From Eledone cirrhosa (lineage: Eukaryota), in contig OZ024742.1 in assembly GCA_964016885.1 (NCBI GenBank), positions 190,154,001-190,218,000 of the forward strand: a DNA stretch of 64,000 nt. Direction: 5' to 3'. Numbering within the stretch: the first letter of the stretch is position 1; every line of letters starts with the position of its first letter. Of the stretch, positions 1-13,041 are shown piece by piece. The translations under genes and the position numbers were made by a program. The notes beneath the pieces were generated by a model. The model ran no database searches and was not told where the DNA came from. It saw nothing but the letters and a program-made list of their open reading frames with translations.

Positions 1-3000
1 CCAACATCACCAACAACACCAACAACACCAACATCACCAACACGAACAACACCAACAACAACAACAACACCAACAACACCAACACCACCAACACCAACAA
101 CACCAACAACACCAACAACACCAACAACACCAACAACACCACCAACACCAACAACACCAACAACACCAACAACACCAACAACACCAACACCACCAACAAC
201 ACCAACATCACCAACAACACCAACAACACCAACATCACCAACACGAACAACACCAACAACAACAACAACACCAACAACACCAACACCACCAACACCAACA
301 ACACCAACAACACCAACAACACCAACACCACCAACAACACCAACAACACCAACAACACCAACAACACCAACAACACCAACAACACCAACAACACCAACAA
401 CACCAACATCACCAACACCAACAACACCAACAACACCAACAACAGGAACAACACCAACAACACCAACACCACCAACACCAACACCACCAACAACACCTAC
501 AACACCAACATCACCAACACCACCAACAACACCAACATCACCACCAACACCAACAACACCAACATCACCAACATCACCAACATCACCAACAACACCAACA
601 ACACCAACATCACCACCAACACCAACAACACCAACATCACCAACATCACCACCAACACCACCAACAACACCAACAACACCAACGTCACCAACACCAACAA
701 CACCAACAACACCAACACCACCAACATCACCAACAACACCAACACCAACAACACCAACAACACCAACACCACCAACAACACCAACAACACCAACATCACC
801 AATAACACCAACAACACCAACAACACCAACATCACCAACAACACCAACAACACCAACACCACCAACAACATCACCAAAATCACCAACAACACCAACAACA
901 CCAACAACACCAACAACACCAACAACACCAACAACATCAACAACACCAACATCAACAACACCACCAACATCACCAACACCACCAACAACACCAACAACAC
1001 CAACAACACCAACAACACCAACAACACCAACAACACCAACAACACCAACACCACCAACAACATCAACAACACCAACATCAACAACACCACCAACACCACC
1101 AACACCAGCAACAACACCAACAACACCAACAACACCAACAACACCAACAACACCAACAACACCAACGACACCAACAACACCAACAACACCAACAACACCA
1201 ACAACACCAACAACACCAACGACACCAACAACACCAACAACACCAACAACACCAACGACACCAACAACACCAACAACACCAACAACACCAACAACACCAA
1301 CACCACCAACAACATCAACAACACCAACATCAACAACACCACCAGCATCACCAACACCACCAACAACACCAACAACACCAACAACACCAACACCACCAAC
1401 AACACCAACATCACCAACAACACCAACATCACCAACAACACCAACAACACCAACAACACCAACACCACCAACAACACCAACATCACCAACAACACCACCA
1501 AAACCAACAACACCAACAACACCAACAACACCAACAACACCAACAACACCAACACCACGAACAACACCAACATCACCAACAACACCAACAACACCAACAT
1601 CACCAACACGAACAACACCAACAACAACAACAACACCAACAACACCAACACCACCAACACCAACAACACCAACAACACCAACAACACCAACAACACCAAC
1701 ACCACCAACAACACCAACAACACCAACAACACCAACAACACCAACAACACCAACAACACCAACAACACCAACAACACCAACAACACCAACATCACCAACA
1801 CCAACAACACCAACAACACCAACAACAGGAACAACACCAACAACACCAACACCACCAACACCAACACCACCAACAACACCTACAACACCAACATCACCAA
1901 CACCACCAACAACACCAACATCACCACCAACACCAACAACACCAACATCACCAACATCACCAACATCACCAACAACACCAACAACACCAACATCACCACC
2001 AACACCAACAACACCAACATCACCAACATCACCACCAACACCACCAACAACACCAACAACTACAACGTCACCAACACCAACAACACCAACAACACCAACA
2101 CCACCAACATCACCAACAACACCAACACCAACAACACCAACAACACCAACACCACCAACAACACCAACAACACCAACATCACCAATAACACCAACAACAC
2201 CAACAACACCAACATCACCAACAACACCAACAACACCAACACCACCAACAACATCACCAAAATCACCAACAACACCAACAACACCAACAACACCAACAAC
2301 ACCAACAACACCAACAACATCAACAACACCAACATCAACAACACCACCAACATCACCAACACCACCAACAACACCAACAACACCAACAACACCAACAACA
2401 CCAACAACACCAACAACACCAACAACACCAACACCACCAACAACATCAACAACACCAACATCAACAACACCACCAACACCACCAACACCAGCAACAACAC
2501 CAACAACACCAACAACACCAACAACACCAACAACACCAACAACACCAACGACACCAACAACACCAACAACACCAACAACACCAACAACACCAACAACACC
2601 AACGACACCAACAACACCAACAACACCAACAACACCAACGACACCAACAACACCAACAACACCAACAACACCAACAACACCAACACCACCAACAACATCA
2701 ACAACACCAACATCAACAACACCACCAACATCACCAACACCACCAACAACACCAACAACACCAACACCACCAACAACACCAACATCACCAACAACACCAA
2801 CATCACCAACAACACCAACAACACCAACAACACCAACACCACCAACAACACCAACATCACCAACAACACCAACAACACCAACAACACCAACAACACCAAC
2901 AACACCAACACCACCAACAACACCAACATCACCAACAACACCACCAAAACCAACAACACCAACAACACCAACAACACCAACATCACCAACATCACCAACA

Positions 3001-6000
3001 ACACCAACAACACCAACAACACCAACACCACCAACAACACCAACACCAACACCACCAACAACACCAACATCACCAACAACACCAACAACACCAACACCAC
3101 CAATACCAACACCACCAACAACACCAACATCACCAACAACACCAACACCACCAACAACACCAACATCACCAACAACACCAACAACACCAACACCACCAAT
3201 ACCAACATCACCAACAACACCAACACCACCAACAACACCAACGTCACCAACATCACCAACACCACCAACAACACCAACAACACCAACAACACCAACACCA
3301 CCAACAACACCAACATCACCAACAACACCAACATCACCAACAACACCAACAACACCAACAACACCAACACCACCAACAACACCAACATCACCAACAACAC
3401 CAACAACACCAACAACACCAACACCAACACCACCAACAACACCAACATCACCAACAACACCAACAACACCAACACCACCAATACCAACACCACCAACAAC
3501 ACCAACATCACCAACAACACCAACATCACCAACACCACCAACAACACCAACATCACCAACACCAACAACACCAACAACACCAACAACACCAACAACACCA
3601 ACAACACCACCAACACCAACAACACCAACAACACCAACAACACCAACACCACCAACACCAACAACACCAACAACACCAACAACACCAACAACACCAACAT
3701 CACCAACAACACCAACAACACCAACACCAACAACACCAACACCACCAACAACACCAACATCACCAACAACACCAACAACACCAACAACACCAACAACACC
3801 AACAACACCACCAACACCAACAACACCAACAACACCAACAACACCAACACCACCACCAACACCACCAACAACACCAACAACACCAACACCACCAACAACA
3901 CCAACATCACCAACAACACCAACAACACCAACACCATCAACACCAACAACACCAACAACACCAACAACACCAACAACACCAACAACACCAACACCACCAC
4001 CAACACCAACAACACCAACAACACCAACACCACCAACAACACCAACACCACCAACAACACCAACACCACCAACAACACCAACAACACCAACAACACCAAC
4101 ACCACCACCAACACCAACACCACCAACAACACCAACAACACCAACAACACCAACAACACCAACAACACCAACAACACCAACACCACCACCAACACCAACA
4201 ACACCAACAACACCAACACCACCAACAACACCAACACCAACACCAACACCACCAACAACACCAACAACACCAACAACACCAACAACACCAACACCACCAA
4301 CACCAACACCACCAACAACAACACCAACAACACCAACACCACCAACATCACCAACAACACCAACAACACCAACAACACCAACAACACCAACAACACTAAC
4401 ACCACCAACAACACCAACATCACCAACATCACCAACATCACCAACACCACCAACACTACCAACAACACCAACAACACCAACAACACCAACAACACCAACA
4501 ACACCAACACCACCAACAACACCAACACCACCAACAACACCAACAACACCAACAACACCAACACCACCACCAACACCAACACCACCAACAACACCAACAA
4601 CACCAACACCACCAACAACACCAACATCACCAACAACACCAACACCAACAACACCAACAACACCAACAACACCAACAACACCAACAACACCAACAACACC
4701 AACAACACCAACACCACCACCAACACCAACACCACCAACATCACCAACAACACCAACAACACCAACAACACCAACAACACCAACAACACTAACACCACCA
4801 ACAACACCAACATCACCAACATCACCAACATCACCAACACTACCAACAACACCAACAACACCAACAACACCAACAACACCAACACCACCAACAACACCAA
4901 CACCACCAACAACACCAACAACAACACCAACACCACCACCAACACCAACACCACCAACAACACCAACAACACCAACACCACCAACAACACCAACATCACC
5001 AACAACACCAACACCAACAACACCAACAACACCAACAACACCAACAACACCAACAACACCAACAACACCAACACCACCACCAACACCAACAACACCAACA
5101 ACACCAACACCACCAACAACACCAACACCACCAACAACACCAACACCACCAACAACACCAACAACACCAACAACACCAACACCACCACCAACACCAACAC
5201 CACCAACAACACCAACAACACTAACAACACCAACAACACCAACAACACCAACAACACCAACACCACCACCAACACCAACAACACCAACAACACCAACACC
5301 ACCAACAACACCAACACCACCAACACCACCACCAACACCAACACCACCAACATCACCAACAACACCAACAACACCAACAACACCAACAACACCAACAACA
5401 CTAACACCACCAACAATACCAACATCAACAACATCACCAACATCACCAACACCACCAACACTACCAACAACACCAACAACACCAACAACACCAACAACAC
5501 CAACAACACTAACACCACCAACAACACCAACATCACCAACATCACCAACATCACCAACACCACCAACAACACCAACAACACCAACAACACCAACATCAGC
5601 AACACCACCAACAACACCAACAACACCAACAACACCAACACCAACAACACCAACACCACCAACAACACCAACAACACCAACAACACCAACACCACCAACA
5701 TCACCAACAACACCAACAACACCAACAACACCAACAACACCAACAACACCAACATCACCAACAGCACCAACACTACCAACAACACCAACAACACCAACAA
5801 CACCAACACCACCACCAACACCAACACCACCAACAACACCAACAACACCAACAACACCAACAACACCAACAACACCAACAACACCAACAACACCAACACC
5901 ACCAACAACACCAACACCACCACCAACATCACCAACACCACCAACAACACCACCAACACCAACATCACCAGCACCAACAACACCAACAACACCAACAACA

Positions 6001-9000
6001 CCAACACCACCAACAACACCAACAACACCAACATCACCAACACCAACAACACCAACAACACCAACACCACCAACACCACCAACAACACCACCAACACCAA
6101 CACCAACAACACCAACAACACCAACAACACCAACAACACCAACAACAACACCACCAACACCAACAACACCAACAACACCACCACCAACACCAACAACACC
6201 AACAACACCAAAACCACCAACAACACCAACAACACCAACAACACCAACACCACCACCAACACCAACAACACCAAAAACACCAACAACACCAACACCACCA
6301 ACAACACCAACAACACCAACAACACCAACAACACCAACAACACCAACAACACCAACACCACCAACAACACCAACAACACCAACAACACCAACAACACCAA
6401 CACCACCACCAACACCAACAACACCAACAACACCAACAACACCAACAACACCAACAACACCAACAACACCAACAACACCAACAACACCAACAACACCAAC
6501 ACCACCAACAACACCAACACCAACAACAACACCAACATCACCAACAACACCAACAACACCAACACCACCAACAACACCAACAACACCAACAACACCAACA
6601 ACACCAACAACACCAACAACACCAACATCACCAACAACACCACCAACACCAACAACACCAACAACACCAACAACACCAACATCACCAACAACACCACCAA
6701 CACCAACAACACCAACAACACCAACACCACCAACAACACCAACAACACCAACACCACCACCAACAACAACAACACCAACAACACCACCAACACCAACAAC
6801 ACCAACATCACCAACATCACCAACAACACCAACAACACCAACATCACCAACAACACCAACACCAACAACACCAACAACACCAACAACACCAACACCACCA
6901 ACACTACCAACATCACCAACACCACCAACAACACCAACATCACCAACATCACCAACACCACCAACAACACCAACAACACCAACATCACCAACAATACCAA
7001 CAACAACAACATCACCAACATCACCAACACCACCAACAACACCAACAACACCAACAACACCAACAACACCAACAACACCAACAACACCAACATCACCAAC
7101 AACACCAACAACAACACCAACACCACCAACAACACCAACATCACCAACATCACCAACACCACCAACAACACCAACATCACCAACACCAACAACACCAACA
7201 ACACCAACAACACCAACAACACCAACAACACCAACAACTACAACAACACCAACAACACCAACATCACCAACATCACCAACACCACCAACAACACCAACAA
7301 CACCAACATCACCAACATCACCAACACCAACAACACCAACAACACCAACAACAACAACAACACCAACAACACCAACATCACCAACAACACCAACAACACC
7401 AACAACACCAACAACACCAACATCACCAACACCAACAACACCAACAACACCAACAACACCAACAACACCAACATCACCAACACCAACAACACCAACACCA
7501 CCAACAACACCAACACCACCAACAACACCAACACCACCAACAACACCAACATCACCAACAACACCAACAACAACACCAACACCAACAACACCAACAACAA
7601 CAACATCACCAACATCACCAACATCACCAACAACACCAACAACACCAACAACACCAACAACACCAACATCACCAACAACACCAACAACACCAACAACACC
7701 AACAACACCAACAACACCAACATCACCAACACCAACAACACCAACAACACCAACAACACCAACAACACCAACATCACCAACACCAACAACACCAACACCA
7801 CAAACAACACCAACAACACCAACAACAACACCAACACCAACAACACCAACAACAACAACATCACCAACATCACCAACATCACCAACAACACCAACAACAC
7901 CAACAACACCAACAACACCAACATCACCAACAACACCAACAACACCAACAACACCAACAACACCAACAACACCAACATCACCAACAACACCAACAACACC
8001 AACAACACCAACAACACCAACAACACCAACATCACCAACATCACCAACATCACCAACACCACCAACAACACCAACAACACCAACAACACCAACATCAGCA
8101 ACACCACCAACAACACCAACAACACCAACAACACCAACACCACCAACACCAACAACACCAACAACACCAACACCACCAACAACACCAACATCACCAACAA
8201 CACCAACAACACCAACAACACCAACACCAACAACACCAACAACACCAACACCACCACCAACACCAACAACACCAACATCACCAACAACACCAACAACACC
8301 AACAACACCAACACCACCAACATCACCAACAACATCACCAACAACACCAACAACACCAACACCACCACCAACACCAACAACACCAACAACACCAACAACA
8401 CCAACATCACCAACATCACCAACACCACCAACAACACCAACAACACCAACAACACCAACATCACCAACAACACCAACAACACCAACACCACCAACAACAC
8501 CAACAACACCAACAACACCAACAACACCAACGACACCAACATCACCAACATCACCAACACCAACAACACCACCAACACCAACAACACCAACACCACCAAC
8601 AACACCAACACCACCAACAACACCAACAACACCAACATCACCAACATCACCAACAACACCAACACCACCAACAACACCAACAACACCAACAACACCAACA
8701 ACACCAACACCACCAACAACACCAACAACACCAACATCACCAACAACACCAACAACACCAACACCACCAACATCACCACCAACATCACCAACAACACCAA
8801 CACCACCAACATCACCACCAACACCAACAACACCAACAACACCAACATCACCAACAACACCAACACCAACAACACCAACAACACCAACACCACCAACAAC
8901 ACCAACATCACCAACAACACCAACAACACCAACACCAACAACACCAACAACACCAACACCACCACCAACACCAACAACACCAACATCACCAACAACACCA

Positions 9001-12000
9001 ACAACACCAACAACACCAACACCACCAACATCACCAACAACATCACCAACAACACCAACAACACCAACACCACCACCAACACCAACAACACCAACAACAC
9101 CAACATCACCAACATCACCAACAACACCAACATCACCAACACCAACAACACCAACAACAACAACAACACCACCAACACCAACAACACCAACAACACCAAC
9201 ATCACCAACACCACCAACAACACCAACAACACCAACAACACCAACACCAACAACACCAACAACATCACCAACAACACCAACAACACCAACAACACCAACA
9301 TCACCAACACGAACAACATCACCAACACCAACAACACCACCAACACCAACAACACCAACAACACCAACAACACCAACAACTCCAACACCAACAACATCAC
9401 CAACAACTCCAACATCACCAACACCAACAACATCAACAACACCAACACCAACACCAACAGCATCAACATCACCAACAACAACACCAACGACACCAACATC
9501 ACCAACATCACCAACACCAACAACACCACCAACACCAACAACACCAACAACACCAACAACACCAACATCACCAACATCAACATCACCAACAACAACACCA
9601 ACGACACCAACATCACCAACATCACCAACACCAACAACACCACCAACACCAACACCACCAACAACACCAACACCACCAACATCACCAACACCAACAACAT
9701 CAACAACAACACCAACAACACCAACACCACCAACAACACCAACAACATCAACATCACCAACAACAACACCAACAACACCAACATCACCAACACCACCAAC
9801 AACACCAACAACACCAACAACACCAACAACACCAACATCACCAACATCACCAACAACACCAACAACACCAACAACACCAACAACACCAACAACACCAACA
9901 TCACCAACATCACCAACAACACCAACAACACCAACAACACCAACACCACCAACATCACCAACACCAACATCACCAACACCACCAACAACACCAACAACAC
10001 CAACACCACCAACATCACCAACACCAACAACATCAACATCACCAACAACAACACCAACAACACCAACATCACCAACATCACCAACACCAACAACATCAAC
10101 ATCACCAACAACACCAACAACACCAACAACACCAACATCACCAACAACATCACCAACACCACCAACAACACCAACACCACCAACACCAACAACACCAACG
10201 ACACCAACATCACCAACAACACCAACACCACCAACATCACCAACACCAACAACACCAACACCACCAACAACACCAACAACATCAACATCACCAACAACAA
10301 CACCAACAACACCAACATCACCAACACCACCAACAACACCAACAACACCAACAACACCAACAACACCAACACCACCAACAACACCAACAACACCAACACC
10401 ACCAACATCACCAACACCAACATCACCAACATCACCAACAACACCAACAACACCAACAACACCAACAACACCAACATCACCAACACCAACAACACCAACA
10501 ACACCAACATCACCAACAACATCACCAACACCACCAACAACACCAACACCACCAACACCAACAACACCAACGACACCAACAACACCAACAACACCAACAA
10601 CAGGAACAACACCTACAACACCAACAACACCAACAACACCAACACCACCAACATCACCAACACCAACAACATCAACATCACCAACATCACCAACACCAAC
10701 AACATCAACATCACCAACAACACCAACAACACCAACAACACCAACATCACCAACATCACCAACATCACCAACAACACCAACACCAACAACACCAACATCA
10801 CCAACAACATCACCAACACCAACAACACCAACATCACCAACAACACCAACACCACCAACAACACCAACAACTCCAACAACACCAACACCACCAACACCAA
10901 CAACACCACCAACAACACCAACATCACCAACATCACCAACAACACCAACATCACCAACAACATCACCAACACCAACAACACCAACATCACCAACAACACC
11001 AACACCAACACCAACAACATCACCAACAACATCACCAACACCAACAACACCAACATCACCAACATCACCAACACCACCAACAACACCAACAACACCAACA
11101 ACACCAACATCACCAACAACACCAACAACACCAACAACACCAACAACACCAACAACACCAACATCACCACCAACACCAACACCACCAACAACACCAACAT
11201 CACCAACAACACCAACAACACCAACAACACCAACATCACCAACAACACCAACAACACCAACATCACCAACATCACCAACATCACCAACACCACCAACAAC
11301 ACCAACAACACCAACATCACCAACATCACCAACATCACCAACAACACCAACAACACCAACACCACCAACACCAACAACAACACCAACAACACCAACAACA
11401 CCAACAACACCAACATCACCAACAACACCAACAACACCAACATCACCAACAACACCAACAACACCAACACCACCAACAACAACACCAACACCACCAACAA
11501 CAACAACACCAACACCACCAACAACACCAACATCACCAACACCACCAACACCACTAACAACACCACCAACACCAACATCACCAACACCAACAACAACACC
11601 TACAACACCAACACCACCAACAACACCAACACCACCAACATCACCAACATCACCAACAACACCAACCTCACCAACAACACCAACAACACCAACATCACCA
11701 ACAACACCAACACCACCAACAACAACAACACCAACACCAACACCACCAACAACACCAACATCACCAACACCACCAACACCACCAACAACACCACCAACAC
11801 CAACATCACCAACACCAACAACAACACCTACAACACCAACACCACCAACACCACCAACATCACCAACATCACCAACAACACCAACATCACCAACATCACC
11901 AACAACATCACCAACAACACCAACATCACCAACAACACCAACAACACCAACAACACCAACAACACCAACATCACCACCAACACCAACACCACCAACAACA

Positions 12001-13038
12001 CCAACAACTCCAACAACACCAACACCAACATCACCAACATCACCAACATCACCAACGACACCAACACCACCAACACCACCAACAACACCAACAACACCAA
12101 CAACACCAACATCACCAACAACACCAACAACACCAACAACACCAACAACACCAACAACACCAACAACACCAACAACACCAACATCACCAACATCACCAAC
12201 AACACCAACACCACCAACACCAACAACACCAACAACACCAACAACACCAACATCACCAACAACACCAACAACACCAACATCACCAACAACACCAACAACA
12301 CCAACACCACCAACAACACCAACAACACCAACACCACCAACAACAACAACACCAACACCACCAACAACACCAACATCACCAACACCACCAACACCACTAA
12401 CAACACCACCAACACCAACATCACCAACACCAACAACAACACCTACAACACCAACACCACCAACAACACCAACACCACCAACATCACCAACATCACCAAC
12501 AACACCAACCTCACCAACAACACCAACAACACCAACATCACCAACAACACCAACACCACCAACAACAACAACACCAACACCAACACCACCAACAACACCA
12601 ACATCACCAACACCACCAACACCACCAACAACACCACCAACACCAACATCACCAACACCAACAACACCAACAACACCAACACCACCAACAACACCAACAC
12701 CACCAACATCACCAACATCACCAACAACACCAACCTCACCAACAACACCAACAACACCAACAACACCAACACCACCAACAACACCAACTACACCAACACC
12801 ACCAACATCACCAACACCACCAACATCACCAACACCACCAACATCACCAACATCACCAACACCACCAACATCACCAACGTCACCAACAACACCAACACCA
12901 CCAACACCACCAACAACACCACCAACACCAACACCACCAACATCACCACCAACACCAACAACACCAACACCACGAACACCACCAACAACACCAACACCAC
13001 CAACATCACCAACACCACCAACACCAACACCAACAACA
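1..13038. repeat. ~13 kb low-complexity tandem array of ACC/AAC/ATC triplets (commonest unit ACCAACAAC); extends past the left edge
   Basis: Read directly. All minus-strand Leu/Val ORFs in the track (497, 2060, 7238, 10613, 11600, 11828, 12443, 12788) lie in one frame, so triplet phase is kept along the array. Confidence 0.97.
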
Positions 13039-13041
13039 TAA
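1..13041 (+). CDS. Possible 5'-open Pro/Thr/Ser mucin-like reading frame (PTSPTTPTTP...), 4346 codons ending in TAA; coding status unproven
   Basis: Frame +1 has no stop until TAA at 13039-13041. The base composition alone makes stops unlikely, and the TAA lies in an adjacent SINE remnant. Confidence 0.15.
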   Translation, partial: PTSPTTPTTPTSPTRTTPTTTTTPTTPTPPTPTTPTTPTTPTTPTTPPTPTTPTTPTTPTTPTPPTTPTSPTTPTTPTSPTRTTPTTTTTPTTPTPPTPTTPTTPTTPTPPTTPTTPTTPTTPTTPTTPTTPTTPTSPTPTTPTTPTTGTTPTTPTPPTPTPPTTPTTPTSPTPPTTPTSPPTPTTPTSPTSPTSPTTPTTPTSPPTPTTPTSPTSPPTPPTTPTTPTSPTPTTPTTPTPPTSPTTPTPTTPTTPTPPTTPTTPTSPITPTTPTTPTSPTTPTTPTPPTTSPKSPTTPTTPTTPTTPTTPTTSTTPTSTTPPTSPTPPTTPTTPTTPTTPTTPTTPTTPTPPTTSTTPTSTTPPTPPTPATTPTTPTTPTTPTTPTTPTTPTTPTTPTTPTTPTTPTTPTTPTTPTTPTTPTTPTTPTTPTTPTPPTTSTTPTSTTPPASPTPPTTPTTPTTPTPPTTPTSPTTPTSPTTPTTPTTPTPPTTPTSPTTPPKPTTPTTPTTPTTPTTPTPRTTPTSPTTPTTPTSPTRTTPTTTTTPTTPTPPTPTTPTTPTTPTTPTPPTTPTTPTTPTTPTTPTTPTTPTTPTTPTSPTPTTPTTPTTGTTPTTPTPPTPTPPTTPTTPTSPTPPTTPTSPPTPTTPTSPTSPTSPTTPTTPTSPPTPTTPTSPTSPPTPPTTPTTTTSPTPTTPTTPTPPTSPTTPTPTTPTTPTPPTTPTTPTSPITPTTPTTPTSPTTPTTPTPPTTSPKSPTTPTTPTTPTTPTTPTTSTTPTSTTPPTSPTPPTTPTTPTTPTTPTTPTTPTTPTPPTTSTTPTSTTPPTPPTPATTPTTPTTPTTPTTPTTPTTPTTPTTPTTPTTPTTPTTPTTPTTPTTPTTPTTPTTPTTPTTPTPPTTSTTPTSTTPPTSPTPPTTPTTPTPPTTPTSPTTPTSPTTPTTPTTPTPPTTPTSPTTPTTPTTPTTPTTPTPPTTPTSPTTPPKPTTPTTPTTPTSPTSPTTPTTPTTPTPPTTPTPTPPTTPTSPTTPTTPTPPIPTPPTTPTSPTTPTPPTTPTSPTTPTTPTPPIPTSPTTPTPPTTPTSPTSPTPPTTPTTPTTPTPPTTPTSPTTPTSPTTPTTPTTPTPPTTPTSPTTPTTPTTPTPTPPTTPTSPTTPTTPTPPIPTPPTTPTSPTTPTSPTPPTTPTSPTPTTPTTPTTPTTPTTPPTPTTPTTPTTPTPPTPTTPTTPTTPTTPTSPTTPTTPTPTTPTPPTTPTSPTTPTTPTTPTTPTTPPTPTTPTTPTTPTPPPTPPTTPTTPTPPTTPTSPTTPTTPTPSTPTTPTTPTTPTTPTTPTPPPTPTTPTTPTPPTTPTPPTTPTPPTTPTTPTTPTPPPTPTPPTTPTTPTTPTTPTTPTTPTPPPTPTTPTTPTPPTTPTPTPTPPTTPTTPTTPTTPTPPTPTPPTTTPTTPTPPTSPTTPTTPTTPTTPTTLTPPTTPTSPTSPTSPTPPTLPTTPTTPTTPTTPTTPTPPTTPTPPTTPTTPTTPTPPPTPTPPTTPTTPTPPTTPTSPTTPTPTTPTTPTTPTTPTTPTTPTTPTPPPTPTPPTSPTTPTTPTTPTTPTTLTPPTTPTSPTSPTSPTLPTTPTTPTTPTTPTPPTTPTPPTTPTTTPTPPPTPTPPTTPTTPTPPTTPTSPTTPTPTTPTTPTTPTTPTTPTTPTPPPTPTTPTTPTPPTTPTPPTTPTPPTTPTTPTTPTPPPTPTPPTTPTTLTTPTTPTTPTTPTPPPTPTTPTTPTPPTTPTPPTPPPTPTPPTSPTTPTTPTTPTTPTTLTPPTIPTSTTSPTSPTPPTLPTTPTTPTTPTTPTTLTPPTTPTSPTSPTSPTPPTTPTTPTTPTSATPPTTPTTPTTPTPTTPTPPTTPTTPTTPTPPTSPTTPTTPTTPTTPTTPTSPTAPTLPTTPTTPTTPTPPPTPTPPTTPTTPTTPTTPTTPTTPTTPTPPTTPTPPPTSPTPPTTPPTPTSPAPTTPTTPTTPTPPTTPTTPTSPTPTTPTTPTPPTPPTTPPTPTPTTPTTPTTPTTPTTTPPTPTTPTTPPPTPTTPTTPKPPTTPTTPTTPTPPPTPTTPKTPTTPTPPTTPTTPTTPTTPTTPTTPTPPTTPTTPTTPTTPTPPPTPTTPTTPTTPTTPTTPTTPTTPTTPTTPTPPTTPTPTTTPTSPTTPTTPTPPTTPTTPTTPTTPTTPTTPTSPTTPPTPTTPTTPTTPTSPTTPPTPTTPTTPTPPTTPTTPTPPPTTTTPTTPPTPTTPTSPTSPTTPTTPTSPTTPTPTTPTTPTTPTPPTLPTSPTPPTTPTSPTSPTPPTTPTTPTSPTIPTTTTSPTSPTPPTTPTTPTTPTTPTTPTTPTSPTTPTTTPTPPTTPTSPTSPTPPTTPTSPTPTTPTTPTTPTTPTTPTTTTTPTTPTSPTSPTPPTTPTTPTSPTSPTPTTPTTPTTTTTPTTPTSPTTPTTPTTPTTPTSPTPTTPTTPTTPTTPTSPTPTTPTPPTTPTPPTTPTPPTTPTSPTTPTTTPTPTTPTTTTSPTSPTSPTTPTTPTTPTTPTSPTTPTTPTTPTTPTTPTSPTPTTPTTPTTPTTPTSPTPTTPTPQTTPTTPTTTPTPTTPTTTTSPTSPTSPTTPTTPTTPTTPTSPTTPTTPTTPTTPTTPTSPTTPTTPTTPTTPTTPTSPTSPTSPTPPTTPTTPTTPTSATPPTTPTTPTTPTPPTPTTPTTPTPPTTPTSPTTPTTPTTPTPTTPTTPTPPPTPTTPTSPTTPTTPTTPTPPTSPTTSPTTPTTPTPPPTPTTPTTPTTPTSPTSPTPPTTPTTPTTPTSPTTPTTPTPPTTPTTPTTPTTPTTPTSPTSPTPTTPPTPTTPTPPTTPTPPTTPTTPTSPTSPTTPTPPTTPTTPTTPTTPTPPTTPTTPTSPTTPTTPTPPTSPPTSPTTPTPPTSPPTPTTPTTPTSPTTPTPTTPTTPTPPTTPTSPTTPTTPTPTTPTTPTPPPTPTTPTSPTTPTTPTTPTPPTSPTTSPTTPTTPTPPPTPTTPTTPTSPTSPTTPTSPTPTTPTTTTTPPTPTTPTTPTSPTPPTTPTTPTTPTPTTPTTSPTTPTTPTTPTSPTRTTSPTPTTPPTPTTPTTPTTPTTPTPTTSPTTPTSPTPTTSTTPTPTPTASTSPTTTPTTPTSPTSPTPTTPPTPTTPTTPTTPTSPTSTSPTTTPTTPTSPTSPTPTTPPTPTPPTTPTPPTSPTPTTSTTTPTTPTPPTTPTTSTSPTTTPTTPTSPTPPTTPTTPTTPTTPTSPTSPTTPTTPTTPTTPTTPTSPTSPTTPTTPTTPTPPTSPTPTSPTPPTTPTTPTPPTSPTPTTSTSPTTTPTTPTSPTSPTPTTSTSPTTPTTPTTPTSPTTSPTPPTTPTPPTPTTPTTPTSPTTPTPPTSPTPTTPTPPTTPTTSTSPTTTPTTPTSPTPPTTPTTPTTPTTPTPPTTPTTPTPPTSPTPTSPTSPTTPTTPTTPTTPTSPTPTTPTTPTSPTTSPTPPTTPTPPTPTTPTTPTTPTTPTTGTTPTTPTTPTTPTPPTSPTPTTSTSPTSPTPTTSTSPTTPTTPTTPTSPTSPTSPTTPTPTTPTSPTTSPTPTTPTSPTTPTPPTTPTTPTTPTPPTPTTPPTTPTSPTSPTTPTSPTTSPTPTTPTSPTTPTPTPTTSPTTSPTPTTPTSPTSPTPPTTPTTPTTPTSPTTPTTPTTPTTPTTPTSPPTPTPPTTPTSPTTPTTPTTPTSPTTPTTPTSPTSPTSPTPPTTPTTPTSPTSPTSPTTPTTPTPPTPTTTPTTPTTPTTPTSPTTPTTPTSPTTPTTPTPPTTTPTPPTTTTPTPPTTPTSPTPPTPLTTPPTPTSPTPTTTPTTPTPPTTPTPPTSPTSPTTPTSPTTPTTPTSPTTPTPPTTTTPTPTPPTTPTSPTPPTPPTTPPTPTSPTPTTTPTTPTPPTPPTSPTSPTTPTSPTSPTTSPTTPTSPTTPTTPTTPTTPTSPPTPTPPTTPTTPTTPTPTSPTSPTSPTTPTPPTPPTTPTTPTTPTSPTTPTTPTTPTTPTTPTTPTTPTSPTSPTTPTPPTPTTPTTPTTPTSPTTPTTPTSPTTPTTPTPPTTPTTPTPPTTTTPTPPTTPTSPTPPTPLTTPPTPTSPTPTTTPTTPTPPTTPTPPTSPTSPTTPTSPTTPTTPTSPTTPTPPTTTTPTPTPPTTPTSPTPPTPPTTPPTPTSPTPTTPTTPTPPTTPTPPTSPTSPTTPTSPTTPTTPTTPTPPTTPTTPTPPTSPTPPTSPTPPTSPTSPTPPTSPTSPTTPTPPTPPTTPPTPTPPTSPPTPTTPTPRTPPTTPTPPTSPTPPTPTPTT

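Noticed and set aside
497-13039. Long Leu/Val/Met ORFs on the minus strand
   Set aside because: They are antisense translations of the triplet array, broken by TAG stops, and implausible as proteins.
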